A stretch of DNA of 58,179 nt, the filler included, from Sphacelaria rigidula (lineage: Eukaryota), in assembly GCA_964200075.2 (NCBI GenBank). It is 6 parts of 6 records of this genome, joined end to end, with 100 filler letters (N's around TTAATTAATTAA, not from the genome) between each part and the next. Parts side by side here need not be neighbours in the genome. Positions count along the whole stretch, not along the records: positions 9,715 to 19,328 come from CAXNAA020008100.1; positions 19,429 to 29,041 come from CAXNAA020008101.1; 4 more parts are not named here. The stretch is one strand, 5' to 3'. The notes under the pieces are model-generated. The model made no database searches and was not told the origin of the DNA. It worked only from the letters and a program-made list of their open reading frames with translations. Positions 11,125-24,498 of the stretch are shown here, one piece after another. A program made the translations under genes and the position numbers. Each line of letters opens with the position of its first letter. Positions within the stretch are counted from its first letter, which is position 1.

Positions 11125-14100
11125 GGGCATACCACCACCCACGCCGACCATTGTGTGTGTACAGTGCTTGCGCGTGGTGTGCGACCCCTTGGAGGTTGTG
11201 CGAAAGGTTACAGAAATCTCCACGAAAGAGGATAGTGCTGCACAGCAACAGCATAGGCTTCAGACTTGCGTCTGAATCCAAACGCAGCGGCATCCTGTGC
11301 ATATCTCTCTCCACCAGTGTCGCCAGCATCAGAAAGTACCGCTGCCGAGAGAGTACTGAACTGTTTCGGACATACCGCAAGGACTAAATTTTCGTGGCGT
11401 TGCACGTCTTCTCGGCAGTTGCGGAATCCGCTTGTGAAGGAGACGAGCTACCTTGGTAGCCGTGGCTGTGTGGGTGCACGAAGCCAGGAAAACGCAGGGC
11501 GAAAGGTCGCATCATCTGGCTTTGAGGTAAGTCTTGGCGCGGAATGACTGCAGGAATGTCTCTTGTCGAGCTTCGTCTTTGCTCCCACAATTATTTCTTT
11601 CCCCACAGAATAAAATGATACACGGGCATGACCCCGAGAAACTTACTAGAACGTAAAACCGTCAGATTGTGCTATATATTCGGCAAGTGAAACATTTTGC
11701 GATACTGTCGGGGACCACCTGGGAAAAACCTCATGGAACGTGATCACTTGTTGAACGGCAGGACTGTTGTGTCATGTTTGTCTCAGGAGGTGGCCGCGTT
11801 GATTTCCCCAGCTTTCAGGGAAATGCATTGCAGAGCACGACTGTTGGTCTGTCAATCATGCCAGGATGCATGCTTTTGGATACTTTCTCTTGAGCATTTG
11901 GCCGCGCTGCATTACAAAAATGCAGCAGTGTCGTCATCATCAGATCCGCACATGACTGTAAGTCGACTGTCTCAGGATGAAAGAGTAGGAAAAAAGATGC
12001 AGTTTCCGGCGTTTTGGTCAGGTCGCCCACAGCATTTTCTTCCAAAGCTTTTCATCGCAACTCTGCTTCGGGTTGAGCAGGCCCGCTCCTTGTCACAGGA
12101 CCTTTTCAGGCCACCCTCTGTCACCCACTATCTGCGCTTTTCCCCATCGTTTTGGCCCTCCCCTTTGATGAAGAAAATGACTATTGAGCAACTCCAGGAT
12201 GCATGATCAAGGCTGGTGAATTTTCGGTGAATCTCACTGGTGCCACAACCCAATCCGTCGTACTTAATACAACTTACCTGGCGAGGGCACCGTCCCCTCA
12301 CATGAAGGCTCATAGAAACATGAGCAACAGTACGGTGTGATGTGGTGTTGCGCGGAATTTTGACTAGTCGTGTGAGTTCAAGTCATTGCTTGCGGTCGCT
12401 GTTCTCGTGACAGTGGAGTGTAGGATCTCCCGCCCCCTCTACACAAGTCAACACGATAACCCCAACCCATAACCCCGTGTCTTCCCCTTGAGTCCATGGA
12501 AAAGATGAAGGATGTGACGTTGTCGGGTCTGCAGATACAATCTTGGATTTAGTGCTTCGTTTGGTGTGCGTTCTGGCTCATACAGAAATGCTGCTGCCTC
12601 CAGTTGACAAATCATCCATCACACTAGGCCTTCATTCCAGGTCCTGCAGAAACGGAGATGCCGTACAGGGCACCATAGATACACTCCTTGTAGGTATATT
12701 CTATTGGTAAATCGCGATACGGACGTCAGGCATCCTCCCTACTTGGTGCTCTTCCGCTCAAAAGTCGGCTCCCTGAATCCAGAACGGTCTCGCTTCAGTG
12801 ACCCTTTCACCGATGGACAGACATGTATATGAACTAACACGACGATACCCCCGGTTGGTCACAAGAGGCCCGTTTGCGGATGCAGTTCTTGCATCGTGCA
12901 AGCGTGGTGTAGCGGGGTACACGAACAACATTAAAACACCCCTACAGGAGATCTTCGCAGGTTTTCGGTATCATTTTTCGAATCCCACATGAATTCCATC
13001 GAGTTCGAATACTGCACGGAAGATCACAAACGTTATATCTCGAGAATTTGTGCGCTCATGTATCCTCTTCTGTGTACTTCCAAAATACTACTGACTTCAT
13101 CTCCATGATCAGGACGAAGAAGGACACGTCAAGCGGATTCATGCTTCGGGAAGCTCCGGGTTATTTCGTTTTTCTCTTGTAAGATCTGTTACTTTGCGTC
13201 ACATTCTGCTTTTGCAGACGCTGCGAAGTGTAGTCGGGGTTTAGCACATGCTTTAGCTGTCCGTCTGTACAGACAGCCCGTTGGTGAGTGCTACTGTACC
13301 TCGATTTCCAGGGACGATGTGAGATGGACCCTTTCACCCACGTAAAGTTTCGACATGCATGGACATATGCTTTTTTTTTTTGCCGAAACTCTGGAGGAAA
13401 ATATATACTGTCCACTTACCGACCCACAGCCCGCTCATCGCTCTGCATCGAGCTGTCCCAGCTGTACGGTACACAAACAGACAGCTAGCTGCGTGTTGCC
13501 CGTCTCGTTGCCTGTACCGTCTTCACCTTCACCGTGCGGACTGTACAATGCCAGTGTGGAATAATTTTTCTCCGAATCGGCAGGGGATAACTTTTACTGA
13601 ATCGGCATCATTGACCAAACATTCCCCTGCCCAAAAGCACGAGTAACAACCAACTTGCCACGTGGAGTGCTGATGACTTTAGGGTAATGAAAGGTGCCCT
13701 AATCTCACTGCTACTCACATCTTCTCGTCGGGACAGGGTCGTAGTGACCCGGGATGAACACCTTCACCCCTCGGAGACGCCCGAACACCTCCCCCCCTCG
13801 TAGTATTATTCAACACGGCGTCTCAAAACTCAAACGACGCATTTGTGCGTCTGAAGAATCAAAGCAGGATGAATATACTGTGGTAGTCGTTACAGCTCAG
13901 TCAATCCCCCAATCCTCTCACGAGCACCTGCCCAAGTTTCTGTACCCTCAACCTCTCCGGCTGGCTCTCTCGTTGTATACACGTGAACTCTGCAAAGCGG
14001 TAGTGAAACCGGTATTTTTAGCGGCCGCCTTGGGAGTCGGTCTCACATGCAATTTATTATTTTTCCGATCACGTGGCTTCAATTCTCCCCACATGAAGGG

Positions 14101-14616
14101 AGATTCTCGCAGACATTATGTGGGCACCGTGTTCTGACGCGAACAAATTTGCTCGTGATCCCCGTACGAGTAAACGCCTACAGTAGTGTAGACATGAGCT
14201 ACAGGCGGGTGAAGAAAGACATCATGCAGCACATTCGGGTCAACACGAAGTTGCTCGTTCAACCATGTTCCGGTCAGATGGCAATGACAGGGGGTATCCA
14301 GATTTTCTGACGGAGTACGTCATATTCGAATCCACCCCAACTCCCTGTGGCGCGTACCCTGGATCCAAGCATGCACACTGCGGAGGAAGCCTCTATATTT
14401 TCTGTACCGTTCGTTAGTAATTTTTTCCGACAGTGCAATGAAGTGAGCATCCTATCAAGCACCGCCCACCACGTATCTTGAACGGCAGGGAGAGTAATCC
14501 GGATGTTACTCCGCACCATATTCGATCGCATGTGGTCACGATTCGGCAAACGACCCACTCCAGTTCACCAATACACCGAAGTGAAGAAAGGCTGGTGCAC
14601 CTACTTATACCGAAAG
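11125..14616 (+). pseudogene. Multi-exon pseudogene of unknown family with short introns
   Basis: Phase-compatible GT-AG exons: ?-11526, 11787-11957, 12099-12226 (in-frame TGA 12204-12206), 12641-12693, 12799-12960, 13218-13283. Further stop-interrupted coding-like sequence at ~13896-14616 ends at an AAG|GTATGA donor. Confidence 0.55.
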
Positions 14617-15677
14617 GTATGAACTGGCGTTTGGAACAAATGAGACGACAGCCCTCACACACATGAAGGGTATACGTACACAATTTTTTGTGTCTGAGGA
14701 ATTCACTCCTTTTGCCTCGTCTGCAGGAAGTACGAACGTCAATTGAGCAGAGGGGCGGCGTGTTCAAACCTCCTCAAATCTAGGTCTTGCATCTTGATTG
14801 GGCTCGCCCGAGTCTTGTCGCAAGTGCACAGATGTTGACAACCGGCCGCAAGCACCCTGAACGAGTGGGCGTGTGCTCTTTTTTTCCCCGTGACCCCAGT
14901 CATTCAATACAACCGGTCAAGCCCATCAGGCCTAAAGGCCTGAAGCCCGAAGCCGTCATATCAGAATTCGCTTGTACAGCTGGAAATATATCTTGATGCT
15001 GACTCTAGGCGGCTGTCTGCAGGAGATATGCCGGAGTATATCTTGGAGATGTTTTTTTCTCCGTTGTCCTGCTCCTTCTCGCCCCCCCTTTTTTTTTCAA
15101 TTTTTCCGGTAAATAACCAAATATGCACCCAGGTGCACGTGCACGACAGGGTTGAAAAAGGACTTTTCGAAGTTGTGAGCGCATCTACGCCAACCTACAT
15201 GGCCTAAATCGTGCTCAGGAAAAAAAAAAATGGGGCTGCTCTTGCCTACGATGATGTGGAAATCAAATATTTTTTGTTTCTGTGGGGACATGCGGTGAGC
15301 AACCCATCACCTACAGCTTTTCATGTGCGAGCGCAGACGGGCTCGGCTTTTGCTCAACGCTCGGCCGCCCAAGAAACGGACTTCTCTCCAGCTCGTTCTG
15401 ACTGACGATGAATCGCGAGTCAGACCTCCCATGACACTCCGTGGTGATCTGCGACTCAGCGCACGTCTTTCAATCCACGTAGCACCGTGATCCGACAAGT
15501 TCCCATGAAACGATATACCAAACTGTGGTCAGCTGCGAAGTGTCGAGAGCTGAGGGTAACACGTGCGGCGGAATTAGGCCAACTAAACGGCTGAAATCGT
15601 ACGTTAGGCGTTGGGTTACAGCCGATTGTCCTGCGGCCGCAAAGTCAGAAACTTTACGTGCACCCATGTGAAACATC

Positions 15678-17620
15678 AAACTTCATGTGCACACTGGGTA
15701 CGAGCTGAGCCAGCATAAAAACGGATTTAACCCTTAGACCGCGAGGTTAGTCTTCTGTTGAATCGGCATCAATTTCAACTGAGAAAAAGTATGCATGATC
15801 CATAAAGACTAATCTCGCACTCTAAGGGTTGAGCTCCGACAGCAATCTCTCTTCGACGCAGACGGGTTGGGCCGTGATCCGCACATCGTAGTGAGCCTTA
15901 GACCGCGAGGTTAGTCTTCGGTTGAATTGGCATCAATTTCAAGTGAAAAAAATTCATGATCCAGAAAGACTGATCAAGGGGACGGAGCCCATCTGCTCAA
16001 AAGTTTGGGCCCATATTTTCTGGTTGATTAAACCCCATGTCTAGTAATTCCTATACCTAAGGGAGATAGCGCCAATACCTTGCCAATACTAAAATCGAAA
16101 TCTCTATGAAACTCCTTATCGATGCATTTAGCGGATGGCGACGAATTTTGGTGTGGAGAACCACAAAAGAGTGCAGAGTTGAAAAAAAAATGGGCCTTCA
16201 CTTTTTTTTTAATGGAGGTTGGGGCGTTTTTTTTGAGAAAATGGTCTTCACCATAGCAGAACGCCTTAAACCAGTGAAAAAAATTGAAAAATATAACCTG
16301 ACTCATTGTTTTTGTTGAATATGCCTTAGAGAAAAACAAACATGGGCCGGTGAGTAGCCTGCAAAATACTGTTCCGAATTTATACCGACCCGGTTTTTGA
16401 TAGGCCCATGTTATTTTATACATTTAGAACTGGACCCTGATTTTTGGTATAAACAGTGCATAGGGCATATTTTTTTTTACTTGAGTACTAAAAGTATTTT
16501 TGTTTTTTTCATGAGTTCGGGGCAATAATCGGTTTTCAGGTATCAGTAAAATGCCCCTAACTCATGAAGATTTTTTTTTTCTGGGTACTTTGGTAATTCT
16601 TTTTTGTTTTGCCTTATGCACTGTCCATACCAAATTCCATGGCCCAACTCTAAATGTATAGAAGAGCATAGGCGTGCAAACTTCAAATCCGCCTCTAGGC
16701 TAGGCTGGCCCAGCTCGTGGTCAGTGCCGCGTGACCACGGCCCCGACCGTGGTGCAACTTGGGTCACACTTTCAATCTAGCACAACCGAGCCAAGTTATA
16801 CAAGCTGGGCCAGCCTAAAAACGGATTTAAGCTCCAAGAGCAATATCTCATCGACACAGATGAGTTGGGCCGTGATCCGCATATTGTGTTGATTGTCTAA
16901 TAAAAGGGGAAGGTGCCCATCTGCTCCAAAATTTGGACCCCTAATTGCTCGTTGACTAAACCCCATGTCTAGTAATCCTATACTTGAGGGAGATAGCGCC
17001 AATACTAAAATCTCTATGAAACTCCCGATCGATGCATTTAGCGGATGGCGACGAATTTTGGTGTGGAGGACCACAAAAGAGAGCTGAATATAAAAAAAGG
17101 CCTTCATTATTTTTCTTTCATGGAGAGGTGAGGGCGTTCTCGTTAGAAGATGGCCTCTGCCATACTAGAACGCCCTAAACTAGTGAAGAAAATTGAATAA
17201 ATCAACCTGACCTACTTTTTTTTCCTCATCATGCCTCAGAGAGCGCCCACACAAAATTTCAATACACGAAAACCAAACGTGGGTCGGTGAGTGGCCTGCG
17301 AAATACTGTTCCGAATTTTTACCAACCCGGCTTCTGATAGGCCCATGCTCTTTTATACATTTAGAGTTGGATCCTGAAAGTTGGTGTGGACATTGAATAG
17401 GGCATGAAAAAAGAAATTACCTCGGTACCAAGAGTTTTTTTTTCATGAGTTGAAGGCATTTTACTGATACCTTTCGTTGTCCATACCAAATTTCAGGGTC
17501 CAACTTTAGATGTATAAAAGAGCATGTGCCTGCAAACTTCACATCTGCCTCTGGGCTGGCGCAGCTTGTAAGGCATAAAAAAATTACCTCGGTACTACTT
17601 CTTTTTTCATGAGCTGATGC
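15678..17620. repeat. Tandem duplication of an ~850-1000-bp unit with internal inverted repeats
   Basis: 15705-16720 aligns with 16800-17570 (for example gatgcatttagcggatggcgacgaattttggtgtgg at ~16121 and ~17031). Internal IR atttagaactggaccctga.../...ccaactctaaatgtata in each unit. Confidence 0.85.
15731..15828. mobile_element. piggyBac-like MITE (CCCTT...AAGGG, TTAA target)
   Basis: 24-bp TIR cccttagaccgcgaggttagtctt. Flanks TTAA/TTGA. The paralogous unit shows an empty site ggatTTAAgctcc at 16827-16830. A second partial copy lies at 15896-15980. Confidence 0.85.
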
Positions 17621-19878
17621 AATCATCAGTTTCTGGTATGAGTGAAATACCCTTGGAACTCCCCAAGAAAACGGAACAAAATTCAAAAAGTCGAAAATGA
17701 ACGGAAAATGATCTTGCTTTTCACTATGCACTATAATGATCTTGCTTTTCACTATGCACTATAATAGCGATTCTCAATACTAAATTTCAAAGCACAACTC
17801 TCTAAAGCTGAGACGCAATATCCAGATTTAGTGCATTTGGTGCCTGTGCTCGATTTATATATCTAGTTTGGAACCTTATATGCGCCATATCTCGAGATGT
17901 ATGACAAGTCAAGAGAAAGTAAAGATACCGATCGTGTACTCATGCATAAGGGAATGTCCACACCAAAAATCGTCATCTGCTGTATATATCTTCTGGGGTT
18001 TCATGCAGACTTTAGTATAGACGCTTTCTCCGTACGGTGAAGGAATTACTAGACAGGATTTAATCAACACGGACAAATTTGCTCAGACTTTTGAGCACAT
18101 GGGGCACCTTCCCCTTGATTGGACGATTAATACGATGTGCGGATCACGGCCCAACTCGTCTATGTCGATGACATTGCTTTGAGAGGTTGAATCCGCGTCC
18201 AGGCCGGCCGAGCTCGTACAGCAATGCATGTAGTGTGGGCGCAGAGTGTTTGAGATGGCACGCAGACGAGGCCTCTAGCCCGCCAATGCTTCTAGTAGTA
18301 GTGTGCGAACCAGTGAGAGTAGTGGGTGAAAAAAACTTGCATGGGTTGGACAAATCATTGTCGGTTCAAATCACCAAATCTACCATTTTTCAGGCGTGTT
18401 TGCCCGGATAAGGGAAAGAAGTCGACCGCTGGTCAAAAAGGATCCGTCGCAATTTCTGCGCCATTGCACGTCCCTAGGCCGCGCGTAGAGTACTTGGGTT
18501 GCAACGCTTGAAACAAAACTTGAGGATTGATTCCTAGGGTGCGTCGATTACATCAAATGAAGTAATTTCTAGACGAATGATCAACTCGTCCGACCCTTGA
18601 AAGCTTGTAGAGAAGGTCAGAGTTCCGGCTGAGGTTGCTGTAGTCAACAAGCAAGTCAATCGGCTCTCACGAAAACAACACCGTTGCGCTGCTCGATTTT
18701 AAGTCGTTTTCCATGAAATTGCGACACGATGAACATGAGGTATGTGGGGAGCCCCCATCGTAATAGCACGGTTGCGGTCCTCAATTTCAAGTCGGTTTCC
18801 ATAAAATTCCGACACGATGAACACAAGGCATGTGGGAAGCCCCCATCGCTTTCCCTTTATTTTTGTTGTCTTTTCCTCGCGAGTTGGTGATGAAAAATTC
18901 AGGACATTTGTTTTATGATCCAAACTCGCCGACAACTCAATTCAAAGGAGAAAAAATAAGTCGAGGAGAGACAAGAGTGTCTCAACGAAATACCCCAGTT
19001 GCAAATCGTGTAGGAATTTAGTACCTCACTCATATTCATGACAACACCTCACCACATTTAGGGTATAACATGGCCGGTAAAGAAGGTGTGTTTTATGAGG
19101 TCGACCACGGTGGACGATCTGTTGATGTATGTCTCAGTAACGCCTGCGTGACAGTTTGTAACACCAATCAGTTTCAAACCATTCTTCAGGAGGATGGGAC
19201 GACAACATACACGGATTGCAACTTTGGGGTGTGGATACCTCGATCACTCTGCATACAACAACAAATTGTGAGAATTGAGGTTTAACTTCGAGATGAGGCT
19301 CAAGCCTAAAACAGTGCTTTCCCCACACNNNNNNNNNNNNNNNNNNNNNNNNNNNNNNNNNNNNNNNNNNNNTTAATTAATTAANNNNNNNNNNNNNNNN
19401 NNNNNNNNNNNNNNNNNNNNNNNNNNNNATTTTGCCTCCCAAAACCATGCACTTTGGGGGGGGGGGCTATCGTAGAAAGTGTCCTTGTAAGTTTGGTCGT
19501 GTTCCCTAGCTGTGGTTCCTCTACATGTTTTGTTTTGTGTCTGGGTTCCTCTTCTTTTTCCATGTCATCATCTTCTGCTTGCTCCGTCAGTCCCTTCATC
19601 GTTTTCTTTGTTCCCCTCCTGATTCGTCTCTTCCTTTTCTCTTCTTTTTCTTGCTTCGTTTTCGTTCCCGTGTAATTCTGCGTGGTCCCCTTGCGTGCAG
19701 CCATGTGGTACGAACCTGTGGGAGATTTTGTCACGGGCCGTTGTTAGATCTTAGCGGAGCTTTTCTTCCCCTCTGTGCCTTTCCTTTCCTCTTGCCTCAT
19801 TTCCTTTCATTTCGATATATCTCTTCCGTCTCGTGTACAGTTTGCTCTGTTTGTTTGCTCCGCTCCTACGCGTATTCT

Positions 19879-21315
19879 CGGGGGTCTACACGTTACACGT
19901 TACACGTTACGTTCATCACACGTAAGTATAATTTAACGTTCGCGTTATGTTTCGTTTGGCCCGTTGGAAAACATGAACATTACGTTGACGTTTTATTTGG
20001 AAATTCAACGTTACGTTCACGTTTCGTTACATGAAACGCGACATAAAACGTGTAACGTGTAACATAATATTTCATTGACACGTGTAACGTTCGAATTTAA
20101 AGTTGTCATTATGCGCATGTTGCGGCTCATTTACCAGTGTTCAAGGCCTTGTAACGTGTCGTGTAACGCGTGACATTACCGTGTACTTTACGCTGACGGT
20201 GGTCCGTCGTATGTTTGAGCGTAGGCACATTATCTGACTGTGAAACGTTACTTTCTCTACAGTGTATCGTCCATTCGTTCTTGACCGTAATATTTTTATA
20301 TCTCATTTTCTCTTCATATTTTTGTCTTCAATCTTCAACTTTCAAATGCTTGGTCATTCGCACGACAGCACATACTGTACACACAACAGATCGTGAACAT
20401 GGTTGAACGCCGCCTTGAGTCGTCCTGGCATTTCGCAACAAAACTATGTCGGGTACACTTGGTTCCACAGTGGCGGGCGGTCTAAATATTCAGGGGCGTT
20501 TCGGGGTTTTCCTCGCGTACTCCTTTTCAATAGAACTCGAAATTGCAAGCGTCGGTGGATTTTGGTACAATAAACAGATCATCCTCGAAACACGGTCCCC
20601 GAGTCAGTGCTGGTTGATGTTATCGGGCGATACAAGTAAATACCTCGTTTACCAGGAGGATGTTCTTGAAACACAGTTTTTCGGCACTAGTGCAATGAGT
20701 AGGTGGAATTTCGAAAAAATAAAACTGTACATTTCTTCACAACTATGATCGAGACAGGCTCGGTCGATCGAAAATACCGAAGAGTAAGAATCTGGGCTGC
20801 AACGTGGCAGGACCCCCGATGACCGGTCAGTCCGTAAGTCACTCAATTTTGAGTACAGATGATTTTTTTTCTCGAAATGTGGAGCGGATACAAATATCTT
20901 CATATCCCCGATGTGATAAGCGGTGTCAAGCGAAAGGAGTCCAAGAAAATCGCCAACTACGAACAAATCACAAAATGTCGCAAAATGAATAGTTAGACCG
21001 CCCACTACCGTGTATACGTATACATGTATACATGGACAAATAAGATAGTTCATCATGGCCGTCGTATGTATGCATGTATGTATGTATGACAAGCTTACAC
21101 CGTGGTACAGGCACCAGGTAATCTATGCATTTATCTAGCTTGACAAGCTTGCGTTTTACTGTACAAACACTGATGGATTTTTTCATTTGAAAATTGAACG
21201 TTTACGTTACGTTACGTTCATCACGTAAAAAAATAGCGTTCACGTTAGGTTTTGGCCGAAACGTAACATAAACGTAACATGTAACATCGTGGCACGCGTA
21301 ACGTGTAGAGCCCTG
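19879..21315. mobile_element. hAT-like non-autonomous element with ACGTTAC/GTAACGT subterminal repeats
   Basis: TIR cgggggtctacacgttac / revcomp cagggctctacacgttac, with dense ACGTTAC motifs at both ends. No clear 8-bp TSD. A related right end at 21380-21598. Confidence 0.6.
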
Positions 21316-23777
21316 GTTTATTGAAGCACAATCTTCTAGGATTTCAAAACTCATTGCAAACTTGAAGTGTGCACCGCTTCATGTAACGTGTTTATGACGC
21401 CTCATATGACGTGTTTTGAACGTTTGGACAATTCAAGGTTCACGTTACGTTTCGGTTGGCACATGAAAAAAATTAAACGTTACGTTAACGTTTCGTTTGG
21501 CACGGAAAAAAAAAAAAAACGTTAACGTTACGTTTCGGCCAAAACGTACCGTGAACGCAACTTTTGACGTTGTGGCATGTGTAACGTGTAGGCCTTTGCA
21601 TATCTTCCATTCCTCAAGTTTCCGTCCTCAAGAGTTTCCGTTCATTTACCTTGGAGTACGTCTATCTCATCACCGCGGTTAGACTCGCAGCGGATCAGCT
21701 GATACTGTGCAATCATACACCCGCCATTCAAATTAGACACGAGGCTATCTTCCATCCAGCTACTGTGCTGTGCTACAGACAGCATGTTCTTTCCCTTCTT
21801 CTCCGCTGCGGTGTGTTGCCTGTTACACTAGGGGCGCCTCTACCTCAAGTTTGAAAATATGGGTATTGTGTGCGGACGGCCATTTTGTGCAGCTTGGTTA
21901 GTTTCTTGCTCAGAGGAGACGTCTTGTGTGAAGTACTACAATCTTTCAATCGCCCGAAAATAAGCAAGAACAATACTACATTTCGTGGACCCGTTTTCGT
22001 TCACCGTAGTAAGAGCTTGGTCTTAGGCCGTGTGTCGTCGAGACGAGAAGCCTCACAGTCCGAAATCGCACTCGTCTGTGACTGGAGGTGGTGATAGCAT
22101 CTCCCCCATGAAAAAATCCCACTGAAATTTCTGGTCTCGGGAAGGTGATATCTGAAAAGTCTCTCGGACGTTTTCGGACTGTTTGTTATACTCTCTAGCA
22201 GTACTCTCCTGGTTGTACTCCTCGGTGTAATCTTATGCTGCGTGTTCTGCATTGTTCTTACTGTGCATGTTGTACGGTGCCGGTGTCTATTGGGGACTTT
22301 CAATACTACAGAACGACATTATTTCGACATCAGCAAGCTGCCGTTTGTTGAATTCGACGTCAACCCCTCGCCCCTCGATGTAAGATTTCTGATAAAGATT
22401 GGATGCTCGTCGTTCCAGGCAGAATAGGCTCGATTCTGCGTTCGGGAAGAATCGATGTTTTGTGCAGAAGCGGGAAGAATTTTCCCAGATGTTCGTAGTG
22501 GTTGGAGTATCTAGAAGCTATTTCAGAACACAGTGATCTGCAAGATTGCCTGTGTGATGAGCCAGGTAAGTCAGTTCAGTGTGGGAGAAGCAGTAAGGTA
22601 CAAGGGCGAGTGCATCCACGGTGAAGTGACAAAGACGGTGTCTGGGTTGAAGTCGAGCTTTATGAGATCAGGGAGGCGAGTGTGGTGCGACTATCAGTTG
22701 GTAACGGCATCGCGAATCGACTTTGTCTGAGTTTTTTCTTTCCCGCCCGCCCCTCCCTTTGACGTTTTATCGGATCTGATTGGGTTTGACGTTTATCGGA
22801 TTGTGTTTGCGGCGCATGGCGCCACTGTCGAGGGTTTTTCCTGGGAATCGTGTTTTTCCTCACAGAGGTTCTTCCGAGGGCTGGGTTTTCCCGCAGCAGT
22901 GTTGAGAGTGTGATATTATTTTCCGAACATATTTTCTGACCATCTGCCCGATGCTTTCGACGGAGGAAATGACGCGGAAAACGGTGTTCGATGGGAGGGT
23001 CCAGCAGGCTTGTGATATGTGATGGGGCCGGCGCTCCCTGCGATGGTTCGTTCGTTTCTTTTGTTTAAACGGACTCGGAAGGGATCGTGAGCACGCGATT
23101 GTGAGGGAATTCATCCAATTCTTGTAGTCGCAGGCGCGTTCCGATTGCTATACGCGTGGTGGAACGGAGCATGCCGTGGGCCGACGGAACTATTGTGCCC
23201 CCAGTGTTTTATGCCGACAGATGCTGTTCCGTTATAGTGGGGTCAAGTTGTGGTGCGCGCGGGTATATATTACCTGGTGCACGCGTTGGGGTTCTTGTCG
23301 GCAGGACGTTGGCTAAGCGGCGTGGGTGCACCACAACGTGGGTGCACACGCAGGCTGGTGGGGAGATTTGTGTTGATGCTTGAGGCTGGTGCGACTGCGC
23401 TCAGCGCAATCTCCAGATGGGAGCCAACGGTCGGATACGTGAGGAGTCACATTGTTTTGAACGGGTGATTCATGAGGTTTTCTCTACCCCCCCCCCCCTA
23501 CCCCCCTCCCAAGCTGGGTTGGGGGCGGGAGTGCATAATGTGACAAAATTCGAAAGCAACTGCACAAACATGTAGATTGTGGAGTGTGAGTTTTTCATCC
23601 CGAGCAGACGCACCCGTACTCTCTGCAAGCTATTTACTGACGGGACTTCTTCCCGCAACTATTCTCACTTCTCACTTCTCCCCTTCCTCAAGACGAGGCC
23701 GTGGTTTCAAGGGATCATCTGAACACTGCAACCGTTATACGCAACAAATGTGACAATATTCAATGTTGCATCGATAC

Positions 23778-24263
23778 CTGCGAATGTGGATTCCCGTGAA
23801 CAGTTTTGAGAAGGGACTCTGTTACGTCGCGAAGCTGCGACGCGCCGTACAACGTTGCCCCCGCGTGATCCAGATACACCAGACCGCCGTCGCCTTGCTG
23901 CCGTTCACGTTGAAGTAAGTGCGGGAAGTCTCGCTCGCGGATGTTGTCGACGAGCAATTTTTTGCGAGGAGCGGCACCATGATTATCATCCGGAGGCTCG
24001 CCCTCGGTTTGCCAATTTTGAGGAGTAAGGGCATAGGAAGACGAGGGTCCGGCGTTCCGCTGGCACCATCGTTCTTGTTGCGAGCTTGACGCGGCTGCTG
24101 TTGTCAGCGGGCCGTAACCGTAACCGTAGGCGGGGTACTTCTCCAGTAACGTCATCTTCGCGCCGTTACAACAGCTTTGATGCCCCTGCTGTCTGTGCTG
24201 CTCACCATCACGAATGATGAGAGACCCAGTGGAGTCCAACGTTTCTTGCTTCAGAAGCACCAT
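23778..24263 (-). CDS. MOCOS: Molybdenum cofactor sulfurase (MOCOS/ABA3-like), exon 1
   Basis: IRERDFPHL...VYLDHAGATLYGASQL...VHGNPHSQ is the N-terminal signature of the NifS-like domain of Moco sulfurases. CAG|GTATCG donor at 23777. Downstream exons were not identified in this piece. Confidence 0.88.
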
Positions 24264-24498
24264 GCACGTGTATTGTGTCTCACGTTTGTTCAGGTGTTAC
24301 GTGTACGTCGCACCAGCTGGGGGTATCAGACTTGAAAAGGCTAGCAAGGCAGACCTGAAACACGATCTGAAACCTGGTTCTCTATTTGGTTCAAATCAGA
24401 ACCCACAACCACGTGTTCAGCAGCCAGGCGCGCATGATCTTGCGCAGCAGTCAGCGCCTGGCGGATCCATCACCTGCACCAGAACACCACCACAGACC
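24264..24498. promoter_or_regulatory. Putative bidirectional promoter
   Basis: Only 235 bp separate the divergent ATGs at 24263 (-) and 24499 (+). Confidence 0.55.

Noticed and set aside
12204..14480. In-frame TGA codons as selenocysteine or readthrough
   Set aside because: TAG stops and a frameshift occur in the same model, so decay is the simpler explanation.
21900..23460. Possible decayed LINE on the minus strand
   Set aside because: Composition is suggestive but no RT or endonuclease motif could be read.
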